Part shown: positions 1 through 9,151 of the stretch, piece by piece | Position numbering within the stretch: position 1 is the stretch's first letter | Layout of the letters: every line of letters starts with the position of its first letter | Assembly: GCA_038328755.1 (NCBI GenBank) | Contig: JBBQMH010000002.1 | Span: forward strand, 12,175-76,174 | Source of the DNA: Candidatus Limnocylindrales bacterium | Lineage (GTDB): Bacteria > Chloroflexota > Limnocylindria > Limnocylindrales > CSP1-4 | Direction of reading: 5' to 3' | Length of the DNA: 64,000 nucleotides | The notes under the pieces: generated by a model | What the model was told of the DNA's origin: nothing | The model's database searches: none | What the model saw: only the letters and a program-made list of their open reading frames with translations | Position numbers and translations under genes: made by a program

Positions 1-588
1 CATATCAACCTGCATGCACCCGAGACACGGGCGCGCTACGAGGCCGAGGCCCTCGCCTTCCACGAGGCGGTCCCCGGCCATCACCTCCAGATCTCCATCG
101 CCGAAGAACTTGGCGACCTGCCGGCATTCCAGCGGGTACTCGGATCCAACGCATTCTCCGAGGGCTGGGGGCTGTACACGGAGCGGCTGGCCGAGGAAAT
201 GGGCCTGTATTCCTCGGTCATGGACCGCTTCGGGATCCTCTCGTTCGACGCCTGGCGGGCGTGTCGACTGGTCGTCGACCCCGGGATGCACGCGCTCGGC
301 TGGACGCGTGACCAGGCGATCGAGTTCATGCGCGAGCACACGGCACTCGACGACGGCAACATCGCAAACGAGGTGGATCGCTACATCGCCTGGCCGGGCC
401 AGGCGCTGTCCTACAAGCTCGGCCAGCTTGAGATCCTGCGTCTGCGGGCCGAGGCCGAGGTCCAGCTCGGCGACCCGTTCGACATCCGGGCCTTCCACGA
501 CGTCGTCCTCGGCTCGGGAGCGGTTGGCCTCGGTACACTCGATCTCATCGTCCGCGCCTGGATCGCCAGCCAGGACGCCACCAGCTAG
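1..588 (+). CDS. DUF885 family protein, C-terminal part (5' end outside window)
   Basis: Frame +1 is open from nt 1. The translation ([52 protein letters not shown]) shows the HExxPGHH motif and C-terminal core I associate with DUF885 proteins. Stop TAG at 586-588. Confidence 0.75.
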   Translation, partial: HINLHAPETRARYEAEALAFHEAVPGHHLQISIAEELGDLPAFQRVLGSNAFSEGWGLYTERLAEEMGLYSSVMDRFGILSFDAWRACRLVVDPGMHALGWTRDQAIEFMREHTALDDGNIANEVDRYIAWPGQALSYKLGQLEILRLRAEAEVQLGDPFDIRAFHDVVLGSGAVGLGTLDLIVRAWIASQDATS

Positions 589-660
589 CTCCGGGCAAGG
601 AGTGCCCTGCCGGGTGCAAGATCGGCGCCAGCCAGCCAGCCAGCCCGCCATGAAGGTGTC

Positions 661-1894
661 GTGATGCTTTCCGCGCTGTCACGCCTGCGCGATGCGGCAT
701 CCGCCACGGCCGAGGCGCTCGCGAATCCGTCCGTCAAGCGGGTCCAGGCGGGCTTCATGCTCGGTGTCGGCGCCGATGCCGCGTTGATGGTGCTCCTCGC
801 CGTCACCGCCTATGGCAGGAGCGGGGCGATCGGCGTGGGTCTGATCGGTGCGGCCAGGATGTTGCCGATGATCGTCTTCGGTCTGGCCTCATCGGCGCCG
901 CTGGCGCGCTGGCGCGCCGATCAGGTCCTCACCGGCCTCGCCGTTGTCCGGGCGGCCGCAGCCATCGGGGCCTTCGCCCTCCTCGTCGCCGGCGCGCCGG
1001 ATCTCCTGCTCTATGTGATCGCTGGTGTTCTCGGCGCGGCGGCGGCAATCGTGACCCCCGTCCAGTACACGCTCCTGCCTGCCCTGGCGCGTACACCGCG
1101 CGAACTCGTCGTCGCCAATGTCGCCACGGCTTCGGCGGAGTCGATCGGGTCATTTGCCGGTCCGCTGGTCGCGGGCGCGTGTATCGCCCTCGGGGGCTCG
1201 TGGTTGATCGGGCTGAGAGCAGCACTCGGACGTGACCGGCTACACCCTTCTGCAACGAAGCTGCCGGAACGAGGATCGCGGACCGGTCATGGCGCTGCTT
1301 GAGGCGTCCATTGGCATCGGGGCGCTGGTCGGGAGCCTGGTCACGCCAACGGTGATCCTGGTCCTCGGAACTCGCGGCGCCCTGATCGTCATCGGGGCAA
1401 TCCTGCCGATTACAGCCCTCATGGTCACACTCCTCGCCCGGCGTTTCGGGAGCAGCGAGGCGATCTCGAGTGCCACGATCGACAGTCTGCGGCGGGTCCG
1501 GGCGTTCCGGGTCCTGCCACTGACCGGTCTCGAGCGCCTGGTGATGGGTTCCGTCGAGGTCAGGTTCGAAGCCGAAGAGATCCTGATGGCCAAGGGCGAG
1601 CCCGGTGACCGGTTCCTCCTCATCGAGGAGGGAACGGTGGAGATCTCCGATGAAGGACGGGTCCTGCGAGAGCTCGGTCCGGGTGCGGGACTCGGTGAGA
1701 TTGCACTCCTCAGGGGTGGGACCAGGACCGCCACGGCCCGTGCACTCACCGCGGGTCATGCGCTGGCGATCGACGTCGAGACGTTCCGCGCCGCCGTGGC
1801 GGGCCCGGCCGCATCCGCCGCAGCCGAGCAGATCATCGAGGAGCACCTCGCTCATTCGGAGTCTGCCGCCGCGACGCACCGACCGACGGGCTGA
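661..1894 (+). pseudogene. MFS transporter fused to a cyclic-nucleotide-binding domain, apparently frameshifted with an internal deletion
   Basis: Two overlapping ORFs lie in different frames (661-1302 and 1232-1894). The first encodes about 5.5 MFS-like TM helices. The second begins mid-protein with a late-MFS motif (LLQRS..EDRGPVMALLEASIGIGALVGS), two TM helices and a complete cNMP-binding domain (FLLIEEGTVEI, GPGAGLGEIALL, RTATARA). Together they are clearly shorter than a 12-TM MFS plus a cNMP domain. Confidence 0.55.
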
Positions 1895-1954
1895 AGAAGG
1901 GCGCGTCCGCGCCTACACTGGCACGGACCCGTCCGACGATCTCGCGAGGACACG

Positions 1955-3691
1955 ATGGCCGACCGACCGCTCCCCTACGACCGCCCTACTGATCCGGGAA
2001 AGCGGCATTCTGCCGCCCTGACGGACGGCCCCGACCGTGCCCCGGCGCGCGCGATGCTGAAGGCGATCGGTTTCACCGACGACGATCTGGCCCGTCCGCT
2101 GATCGGCGTGGCGACGACCTGGATCGAGACGATGCCCTGCAATTTCAACCAGCGTCGCCTGGCCGAATTCGTCAAGGAGGGCATCCGCGAGGCCGGCGGC
2201 ACGCCGATGGAGTTCAACACGATCTCCGTCTCCGACGGAGTGTCCATGGGCACGGAGGGCATGAAGGCCAGTCTGATCAGCCGGGAGGTCATTGCCGATT
2301 CGATCGAGCTCGTCGTCCGCGGACATCTCCTCGACGGCCTCGTCTGTCTCGTGGGCTGCGACAAGACCATCCCGGGCGCGGCGATGGCCCTGGCCCGCCT
2401 CGATGTGCCGGGTCTGATCCTCTACAACGGGACGATCTATCCGGGCACCTACAAGGGCAAGGACCTGACGATCGTCTCGGTCTTCGAGGCGGTGGGTGCA
2501 TATCGGGCCGGCAAGATCTCCATCGAGGAGCTGTACGAAATCGAGAGCGCGGCGTGCCCTGGTGCCGGGGCGTGCGGCGGCCAGTACACCGCGAACACGA
2601 TGAGCGGGGCGATGGAATTCCTCGGGCTCTCGCCAGGTGGACTCAATAGCATCCCCGCCGAGGATCCGAAGAAGGACCGGGCATCAAAGCAGGTCGGCGA
2701 GCTGGTGATGACGCTCGTCCGCCACGACATCCGGCCGAAGCACATCGTGACCAGGAAGGCCATCGAGAACGCCATTGCGTCGGTGGCGGCGACGGGCGGC
2801 TCCACGAACGCGGTGCTCCACATGCTGGCGATTGCCCACGAGTTCGGGATCCCGCTCGAGATCGATGAGTTCGGTGTCATCGCCGACCGAACCCCGGTCG
2901 TCGCGGACATGCTCCCGGGTGGGCGCTACACGGCCGCGGACATGTACGACGCGGGTGGCGTCGGGCTCGTCATGCGCGAACTCCTCAAGAAGGAGCTTCT
3001 CCATCCAGACGAGAAGAACGTCGATGGTCGAACGATCAGGAAGATCGCTGCGGCTGCCGTTGAGACCGAGGGCCAGAAGGTCGTCGTCCCGATCGAGAAG
3101 CCGCTCAAGCCGGTCGGCGGGCTGACCATCCTGCGGGGCTCGCTGGCGCCCGACGGCTGCGTGGTCAAGCTGGCCGGCCACGAGCGCCTGCACCACCGCG
3201 GGCCGGCTCGCGTCTTCGAGTCCGAGAGCGACTGCTACAAGGCCGTATCGGCAGGCCGGATCGTGCCCGGCGATGTCGTTGTCATTCGCAACGAGGGCCC
3301 GGTCGGCGGGCCCGGGATGCAGGAAATGCTGAGCGTCACGGCGGCCCTCGTGGGCGTGGGCCTTGGCGACTCGGTCTCGCTGCTGACCGACGGTCGCTTC
3401 TCCGGCGGGACACACGGCCTGATGATCGGCCACGTGGCTCCCGAGGCGGCCCTGGGCGGACCCATCGCCCTGATCCGCGAGGGCGACGACATCGAGATCG
3501 ACGTTGAGACCAAGCGGCTCGATCTCCACGTCGACACGGCGGAGCTCGAGCGGCGCTGGGCCGCCTGGGCACCCCCGCCGCCCCGCTACGCGTCGGGCGT
3601 CATGGCCAAGTACGCGGCGCTCGTGTCGTCTGCCTCCGAGGGCGCGGTCACCACCGGCTCACGGCTGCGTGACGCGCTCGGGCGCGTCTAG
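1955..3691 (+). CDS. ilvD: dihydroxy-acid dehydratase
   Basis: 578-aa ORF with IlvD/Edd hallmarks: [63 protein letters not shown]. Confidence 0.95.
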   Translation: MADRPLPYDRPTDPGKRHSAALTDGPDRAPARAMLKAIGFTDDDLARPLIGVATTWIETMPCNFNQRRLAEFVKEGIREAGGTPMEFNTISVSDGVSMGTEGMKASLISREVIADSIELVVRGHLLDGLVCLVGCDKTIPGAAMALARLDVPGLILYNGTIYPGTYKGKDLTIVSVFEAVGAYRAGKISIEELYEIESAACPGAGACGGQYTANTMSGAMEFLGLSPGGLNSIPAEDPKKDRASKQVGELVMTLVRHDIRPKHIVTRKAIENAIASVAATGGSTNAVLHMLAIAHEFGIPLEIDEFGVIADRTPVVADMLPGGRYTAADMYDAGGVGLVMRELLKKELLHPDEKNVDGRTIRKIAAAAVETEGQKVVVPIEKPLKPVGGLTILRGSLAPDGCVVKLAGHERLHHRGPARVFESESDCYKAVSAGRIVPGDVVVIRNEGPVGGPGMQEMLSVTAALVGVGLGDSVSLLTDGRFSGGTHGLMIGHVAPEAALGGPIALIREGDDIEIDVETKRLDLHVDTAELERRWAAWAPPPPRYASGVMAKYAALVSSASEGAVTTGSRLRDALGRV

Positions 3692-3694
3692 GCG

Positions 3695-3931
3695 ATGACC
3701 GAGACACCGCTGCCGCCGGACCCGACGGCCTACGATTCGGAGCGCAACGAGCATGCTCGAAAGCGAGGCCTGGCCGCGCCGTATATCGCCGGCGGACGTG
3801 ACCCGGATCCCGACCCCGGACTGGCCGAGGAGCGGCGCTACCTCAGGATTCTCCTGCTCATGGTGATCGCGCTCGTCCTGTCGGGGTTCGTGGTCGGCAT
3901 CGCTGGTGCGCTCCTCGGGTTCTCGGTCTAG
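3695..3931 (+). CDS. small membrane protein (one C-terminal TM helix), hypothetical
   Basis: 78-aa ORF starting 4 nt after the ilvD stop. Charged N-terminus followed by a hydrophobic helix (ILLLMVIALVLSGFVVGIAGALLGF). No recognisable family. Confidence 0.4.
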   Translation: MTETPLPPDPTAYDSERNEHARKRGLAAPYIAGGRDPDPDPGLAEERRYLRILLLMVIALVLSGFVVGIAGALLGFSV

Positions 3932-3945
3932 GCCTAGATGGCAGA

Positions 3946-4458
3946 TCAGCCGTGATGGACCGAGCTGAACGTGTTGTCGTAACTGCCGAGCGAGGCGTAT
4001 TGGGAGTTGCAGCAGAAGTACCAGCCGGTGCCCGCATAGAACCAGTCGGTGAAGAGATGGCCGGCCTGCGAGTTGACGCTTCGGAGCGAGCTGATCCGGT
4101 CGTTCCAGCCGAGCAGGGCCAGCACCGTATAGTCCTCCGAGACGTACATGTACGGCCCGGCGTAGGTCATGTAGTCGTAGATCACGACGTAGTCGGTCGC
4201 CGTCGCGGCCAAGAGGGACGCCACGCGCGTCTCGAGCCGTTGGGGATCCCTGTAGCAGTTGATGACCGGATAGGCGAAGTCCTCGCAGTAGTAGTTGGCG
4301 ACTTCGACCGGCTTGATCGGCTGGCCGTCGAGGTAGGCCACCAGCAAGACGGACCCGCTTTCCGAATCGGTCGTGGCCGCAACCGGGATGGGCGCGAGGA
4401 CTACGGCAGCAAGGACGACGGCAGCGCCCATTCGTCGGCAGACCCACGGGCTGAACAC
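3946..4458 (-). CDS. secreted beta-gamma-crystallin-type protein
   Basis: N-terminal signal-like segment (AAVVLAAVVLAPIPVAA). Two Greek-key signatures of the form [YF]xxxx[YF]xG ... S: IYDYMTYAG...NDRISSL and LFTDWFYAG...NTFSSV. Confidence 0.6.
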   Translation of the reverse strand: MFSPWVCRRMGAAVVLAAVVLAPIPVAATTDSESGSVLLVAYLDGQPIKPVEVANYYCEDFAYPVINCYRDPQRLETRVASLLAATATDYVVIYDYMTYAGPYMYVSEDYTVLALLGWNDRISSLRSVNSQAGHLFTDWFYAGTGWYFCCNSQYASLGSYDNTFSSVHHG

Positions 4459-4508
4459 GGCATGAACCTCCCTGGGGACGCCTTCCTCTCAGTACCCTTG
4501 GCGACGCT

Positions 4509-6095
4509 ATGGGTTGGACTGCCCTCGGTAAACCCGGCATTACCCTTGCCAACCGCGTCGTCGAGGGTTCTGCCGGGTTGAGGCAGCTGGGCCGCCGCTA
4601 CACACTGGGTCGAGCGGCCCTGGTGGTCGCTGCCGCGGCGGCCTTTGTGACCGGCCTGTCCGCGATGTCGGCGGTGCTACTGGGGGAGGCAGATCCAGGT
4701 GTCCTGGCGGGAGGTCCGGGCGAGGTCGTCGTGGCCGTGTCGGCGACGGGCTACGCCTGGCGGGAGGGGATACGCCCGGGCCAAGTTGTCGTCTCCGTCG
4801 CCCGCTCCGACGATCCGGCCGGCTGGCGGATCGAGACGCGCGACGCCGGTCGGCTCCACGTGGCTGAGGCAGCGGCAGCCAACGATGGCCTCCGGGCGAG
4901 CTCGCCGTTTGCGGTTGCATCGCTCATCTTCGGTGCCGTCGCCGTCCTGCTCTTCGGCACCCACCGGCGGTGGGTCCTTCCCACTGCCGCAATCGCCCTG
5001 GTTCTCGGGTCAGCCCCGCTGGTCCTCCAGGGCAACCCGGCGCTCTCTACCCTCGCCGTGGGCGCCGCGATCGTCGTGCCGGCAGCCTGGGCGATCGCCA
5101 AACTGCCTCGGCCTTTGTTTGCCGTTGCTGCCGCAGGGTGCGCCACGGCCACCATCGGTTACTGGATGGTCGCGCGCCTCAACGGCCTGCCCGGCTACGA
5201 CGAGCTCGAGTGGCTCCGCGGGAATACAGCCGTCATCGGCGCTGGGCTGCTCGTCGTGGAGCGAGGTGTCCTTCCGCGACTGGCCGGAGAACCGATCCAC
5301 ATGATCCGGCCGAGGCCCTTCGACGCCGCGGCCCTCGCGCTGTTAACAGGCGTCGCGCTGGTCCTCGTCTACTTCTTCTCGGTGCCAGCCATCGTCGTCG
5401 TAGTCCTGGCGGCCGTCGGCGTCCTAGCCCTGCCCACGGTTAGGCGGCGGTTCCGGCCCATCGCGGACACGCTCCTGGCGGACGTTCGCAGCCACGCCGC
5501 CGTTCAGGGGGCAGAAGAGGAGCGAGCGCGGGTGGCCCGCGAGATCCATGACGTCCCGCTCCAAGAGCTGATCGGTGTCTTGCGCCGACTGGAGGTGATG
5601 CCGGGTGCCGAGCGCGAGAGCGACGACTTGCGCGCCGTCACGAGCCACCTCCGGAACGTGGCGATGGACCTGCGCCCCCCTGTCCTCGACGACCTCGGGC
5701 TGCCGGCCGCGCTCGCGTCCCTGGCCGAGGAGCTGACAACCGCCGAGCTACCCGTGGTCGTCGAGCTCGACGACAAGACGGGGTTCACGCCCGCGGAACG
5801 CCCACCCGCCGACGTCGAGCTCGCGATGTTCCGGATCGCTGCGGAGGCCGTCGGTAACGCCATCCACCACGCCCGGGGGACCACGATCGCAATTCGGGCC
5901 GAGATCGGACCAACGCGGGTCCACGTGGACGTGCGGGATGACGGCATCGGTATCTCGTCCGGGGCGGCGCGCGCGGCACGAGGCAAGCACATGGGCATCG
6001 CCTCGATGCGCCGCCGAGCCGAAGCCATCGACGCCGACCTGATGGTTCGGCGGGTCTCGCCCGGCACGCTCGTGCAGGCGGTCTGGGAAGCATGA
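4509..6095 (+). CDS. sensor histidine kinase (NarL class, HisKA_3), multi-TM sensor
   Basis: N-terminal TM helix, PDZ-like external stretch (GIRPGQVVVSV) and several further TM helices. H-box AREIHDVPLQEL. HATPase_c motifs (AVGNAIHHA, DDGIGI, GMGIASM). Confidence 0.85.
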   Translation: MGWTALGKPGITLANRVVEGSAGLRQLGRRYTLGRAALVVAAAAAFVTGLSAMSAVLLGEADPGVLAGGPGEVVVAVSATGYAWREGIRPGQVVVSVARSDDPAGWRIETRDAGRLHVAEAAAANDGLRASSPFAVASLIFGAVAVLLFGTHRRWVLPTAAIALVLGSAPLVLQGNPALSTLAVGAAIVVPAAWAIAKLPRPLFAVAAAGCATATIGYWMVARLNGLPGYDELEWLRGNTAVIGAGLLVVERGVLPRLAGEPIHMIRPRPFDAAALALLTGVALVLVYFFSVPAIVVVVLAAVGVLALPTVRRRFRPIADTLLADVRSHAAVQGAEEERARVAREIHDVPLQELIGVLRRLEVMPGAERESDDLRAVTSHLRNVAMDLRPPVLDDLGLPAALASLAEELTTAELPVVVELDDKTGFTPAERPPADVELAMFRIAAEAVGNAIHHARGTTIAIRAEIGPTRVHVDVRDDGIGISSGAARAARGKHMGIASMRRRAEAIDADLMVRRVSPGTLVQAVWEA

Positions 6096-6778
6096 CTATC
6101 CGCATCGCCTTGGTCGACGATCACGCGATGGTCGTCGAGGGCCTGGAGGCCGCGCTCTCGCGTTTCGACGAGGTCGAGCTCGTCGCTCACGGCGCGACCA
6201 TGGAGGAAGCCAGCGAGCTGCTCCAGCGCGATGACATTGACGTCGTCCTGCTCGACGTTCGGCTCCAGGACGGCAACGGGCTGCAGCTGTTGGCCCAGCG
6301 CGGACCACGAGAGCGCCCGAAGGTCCTTGTCGTCTCGTCGTTCAAGGTCAGCCAGTACGCAGCGGCGGCTCGGAAGTTTGGCGCGTCAGGCTTCGTCCTG
6401 AAGGCCGTCCCGCTGCCGGCGCTCGTCGAGGCCACCCGGATCGTGGCTGCCGGTGGGGAGGTGTTCAGCGCCGAGCAGCTCGAAAGCCGCTTTGTCACTC
6501 TCTCATCTCGGGAGCGCGAGGTCCTTCGACTGGCGATGGACGGCCTCTCGAACAAGGAGATCGGGGCCAAGATAGGCCTCCACCGTAAGACGGTCGAGGC
6601 CTATCTCTCGAACATCTTCGAGAAGTACGAGATCCGCGGTGGCCGGATCGAGCTCTCGATCCGCGCGGCCGAGGAGGGTTGGCTCGACATCCAGCCGCCC
6701 GAGGAGCCGTCGGCGCGGAGCCGTCGGCGCGGAGACGACGGCCCGGAAGGTCGAGCCGGTAGCGCCGAAGGCACCTGA
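6092..6778 (+). CDS. response regulator, LuxR/NarL family
   Basis: REC domain (IALVDDHAMV, VVLLDVRLQDGNG) plus a LuxR HTH (SSREREVLRLAMDGLSNKEIGAKIGLHRKTVEAYLSNIFEKY). ATGA start/stop overlap with the kinase gene. Confidence 0.9.
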   Translation: MTIRIALVDDHAMVVEGLEAALSRFDEVELVAHGATMEEASELLQRDDIDVVLLDVRLQDGNGLQLLAQRGPRERPKVLVVSSFKVSQYAAAARKFGASGFVLKAVPLPALVEATRIVAAGGEVFSAEQLESRFVTLSSREREVLRLAMDGLSNKEIGAKIGLHRKTVEAYLSNIFEKYEIRGGRIELSIRAAEEGWLDIQPPEEPSARSRRRGDDGPEGRAGSAEGT

Positions 6779-7030
6779 GGCGACCGCCCGACTGACGCCG
6801 ACCCTGGGGCCACCATCGTGTTCGTCATCGCTCAACGCGTCGTCGGCGCGAGGGTTTTGCCTACTAGATCAGATCGGTCGGCGGAGGTAGCGTCGTGGTC
6901 GAGGCGGTCGGCGGCCGCGACAAGTCACCTCAGAACCCAAGCGTCCCTGTCAACAGTCCAAGTGACAAGTCCCGCTCAGGGACCTACGGTTGATCGACCG
7001 AGCGAGAACGATCGAGAAGGAGACCAGCCC

Positions 7031-7648
7031 ATGAAGATCCGCGTTCTTGTTCTTGCGTGCCTGATGACCTTGATGGTACCGATGACAGCCGTGGCAGCAA
7101 ACGGCAAGAAGGCATCTCTCGCTCTTCCCGATCCCTCGCAGGTCACGGCTGCTGAAACCCCGGCCGGCCAGGCCGAAGGAGGGATGACGGTCACCCTTTT
7201 CAGCCCAGCGGGTACAGTTCTCAGGGTCGAGACGACCAAGCTCCCCTACGGGGTCGGAGCTGGTGTTGTTGCACCTGGTATTGCGCCCATGTCGGCATCC
7301 GGTTGCTTGAATGTCGACGCCTGGCGGAACAAGTACACGCTCCTGGGCTTTCTCGCCTACCGCTGGCACCAAACGAAGTACTTCTGCTGGTCGAGCGGGG
7401 CGGTCAATAGCGTGACAGTCGGTTCCTATGTGTCTGACAACGATGGCACCAACTACTACCGTGGTCTCCTCAGCGACGATAATTGGTACTTCTCCTGGAA
7501 CGGCAATTCTCATGGAGGCCACTATTCCATCCGCCAGGCAATCATGGAGAACTGCGTTCCGGTCTTCGGCTGTCTGAGCACGAGCAATCCCTACGTCAAG
7601 ATCTGGGCCCACGCCGATGGCAACTACAGCTATGAGGCAGGTGGATGA
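7031..7648 (+). CDS. secreted hypothetical protein with four Cys
   Basis: Internal ATG at 7031 preceded by GAAGGAG. Sec-type signal MKIRVLVLACLMTLMVPMTAVAA. Codon usage is visibly less GC-rich than the flanks. No family recognised. The 6818 start in the ORF track adds an Arg/Ser-rich, non-protein-like leader. Confidence 0.6.
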   Translation: MKIRVLVLACLMTLMVPMTAVAANGKKASLALPDPSQVTAAETPAGQAEGGMTVTLFSPAGTVLRVETTKLPYGVGAGVVAPGIAPMSASGCLNVDAWRNKYTLLGFLAYRWHQTKYFCWSSGAVNSVTVGSYVSDNDGTNYYRGLLSDDNWYFSWNGNSHGGHYSIRQAIMENCVPVFGCLSTSNPYVKIWAHADGNYSYEAGG

Positions 7649-7935
7649 CGTCGCAACCCTCCCCTGGGACGGCGATGGGGTCGAAGATCGTTGTCGTCGC
7701 GATCCTGGTGGCTTCGCTCATCCTCGTCCCAGAGTTGACCGGATCTGAGCGCATCGTTGGTCTCGTCGGCTCCGCGATGGTCGCGGGGGTGGCAGCCTTC
7801 TACGCCCGGCAACGGCAGGCCCTCATCGGGTCCGGATGGATGTGGTTCTCACTGGCGATCGCGGCGTTATGGCTGATTGGGCTCGGTGTGCTGCTCTTCG
7901 CTCCGCTTCCGCCCGGGGGCTCGAAAGCAACGTAG
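7645..7935 (+). CDS. small three-TM membrane protein, hypothetical
   Basis: 96-aa ORF whose ATG overlaps the stop of the preceding gene (ATGA). Three hydrophobic helices (IVVVAILVASLILV, IVGLVGSAMVAGVAAF, FSLAIAALWLIGLGVLLF). Confidence 0.5.
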   Translation: MTSQPSPGTAMGSKIVVVAILVASLILVPELTGSERIVGLVGSAMVAGVAAFYARQRQALIGSGWMWFSLAIAALWLIGLGVLLFAPLPPGGSKAT

Positions 7936-7989
7936 CGAGCCATATGCTCGAATCGCAGAAGAGCAACGAGACCCAAACGCGGGGGAGCG

Positions 7990-8015
7990 GTGTGGGGTGC
8001 GGCCGCACCCCACAC
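7990..8015 (+). terminator. perfect 26-nt GC-rich palindrome, candidate intrinsic terminator or protein-binding site
   Basis: GTGTGGGGTGCGGCCGCACCCCAC AC lies 55 nt after the stop at 7935 and is followed by GGTTTGTGG. A weaker outer stem (GCGGGGGA / TCCCCCGC) flanks it. Confidence 0.35.
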
Positions 8016-8286
8016 GGTTTGTGGAGGCACGATTCCCCCGCTCGTGGAACGAGAGCGTCCTGTCGTCTGAAGACACTCAGATGCCTCCTAGAATCCGGAC
8101 GTAATTCCTAGGGAGGTTGTTCACAAGGGCCTGTCCGCTGTCGATGGTTTCCCTCTCTGGGGATCAGAGCTACGCGTGGCGTTAGCACATCGCGACGGAG
8201 CAAGGGTTGTGCCGGATTGTCGACCTGTCCCGGGGCGCCGAAGGTCGAGGTGCATCTCGCTCAGACCAAACGAGAGGAACGCGCAA

Positions 8287-9147
8287 ATGCGAAGACAGAT
8301 GATCCTTTTCGTTTCATTGATGATCGCGGGGAGTGTCGTTGCGCCTGCAACAGCCCTGGCTGCCCCAGCGCCCGGTCGCAGCGACCTCAGCGACATCACG
8401 AGCAGCCCGATCGGTCGGGAGATGGCCAGAGAGGCAGCCGAGCACCGAGTCCGTCTCGGTGCCCCCAGACAACCGCTCCGGGTCCTACGCGACCAGGCTG
8501 GTTACCTTGTCGTCCCGGCCGACACCGAGGTCATCCCCGTGTCGATCACCGATGAGTCGGGGCGGAACATCGTGATGTATGCACCCACGGTCACGGCATC
8601 GGCAACCGACGTCGTCGATCTCGCGCCGGACGGTGCATTGAGTCAGTCCTGGACCCAGGTTGGCGCGAACTGCTACGCACGGATCAGCGACAGCTGGTCA
8701 TGGATGGATCATTGCGCGCGGATCTTTGTGCTGAGCAACGATGGCGACGGGTCGAAGGACTATTACGCGCTGCAGCACTACGCCACGGCGGCCGCGAATT
8801 CGCCCTGGCGTCTTTGGTGGGGCAAGATCTCGTCCTTACCGATCGTGACGGGGAGTTACGGCGCGCAAACCTGGGTTGACTGGAGTCCGAAGAGCGATTA
8901 CTCGGGAAACTGCCGGCCGATTGGGCTTAGCGTCAGCGCGCTGGGATTCGGCCTTGGCTTCTCGACGCAGCAATGCGAGGCTTATCACTTCACAAAGGAC
9001 AACCCCGCCGTCAATTACTCTCTCCAAGGGAACTGGTACGTCGGGCCGAACACTAACCGTGAGCTCGCATACGAGATTGCCGTGAGCGTTGCCCAGGGCA
9101 AGAGCGCGGCGTGGACCGTCCCAGCCGAAGTGCACGGAGGACTTTAG
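8287..9147 (+). CDS. secreted hypothetical protein
   Basis: ATG at 8287 after GAGAGGAA. Signal peptide MRRQMILFVSLMIAGSVVAPATALA. Four Cys. No family recognised. Confidence 0.6.
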   Translation: MRRQMILFVSLMIAGSVVAPATALAAPAPGRSDLSDITSSPIGREMAREAAEHRVRLGAPRQPLRVLRDQAGYLVVPADTEVIPVSITDESGRNIVMYAPTVTASATDVVDLAPDGALSQSWTQVGANCYARISDSWSWMDHCARIFVLSNDGDGSKDYYALQHYATAAANSPWRLWWGKISSLPIVTGSYGAQTWVDWSPKSDYSGNCRPIGLSVSALGFGLGFSTQQCEAYHFTKDNPAVNYSLQGNWYVGPNTNRELAYEIAVSVAQGKSAAWTVPAEVHGGL

Positions 9148-9151
9148 TGAG

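Noticed and set aside
929-1879. 316-aa minus-strand ORF
   Set aside because: It is antisense to the MFS-cNMP reading frames and its composition is low-complexity.
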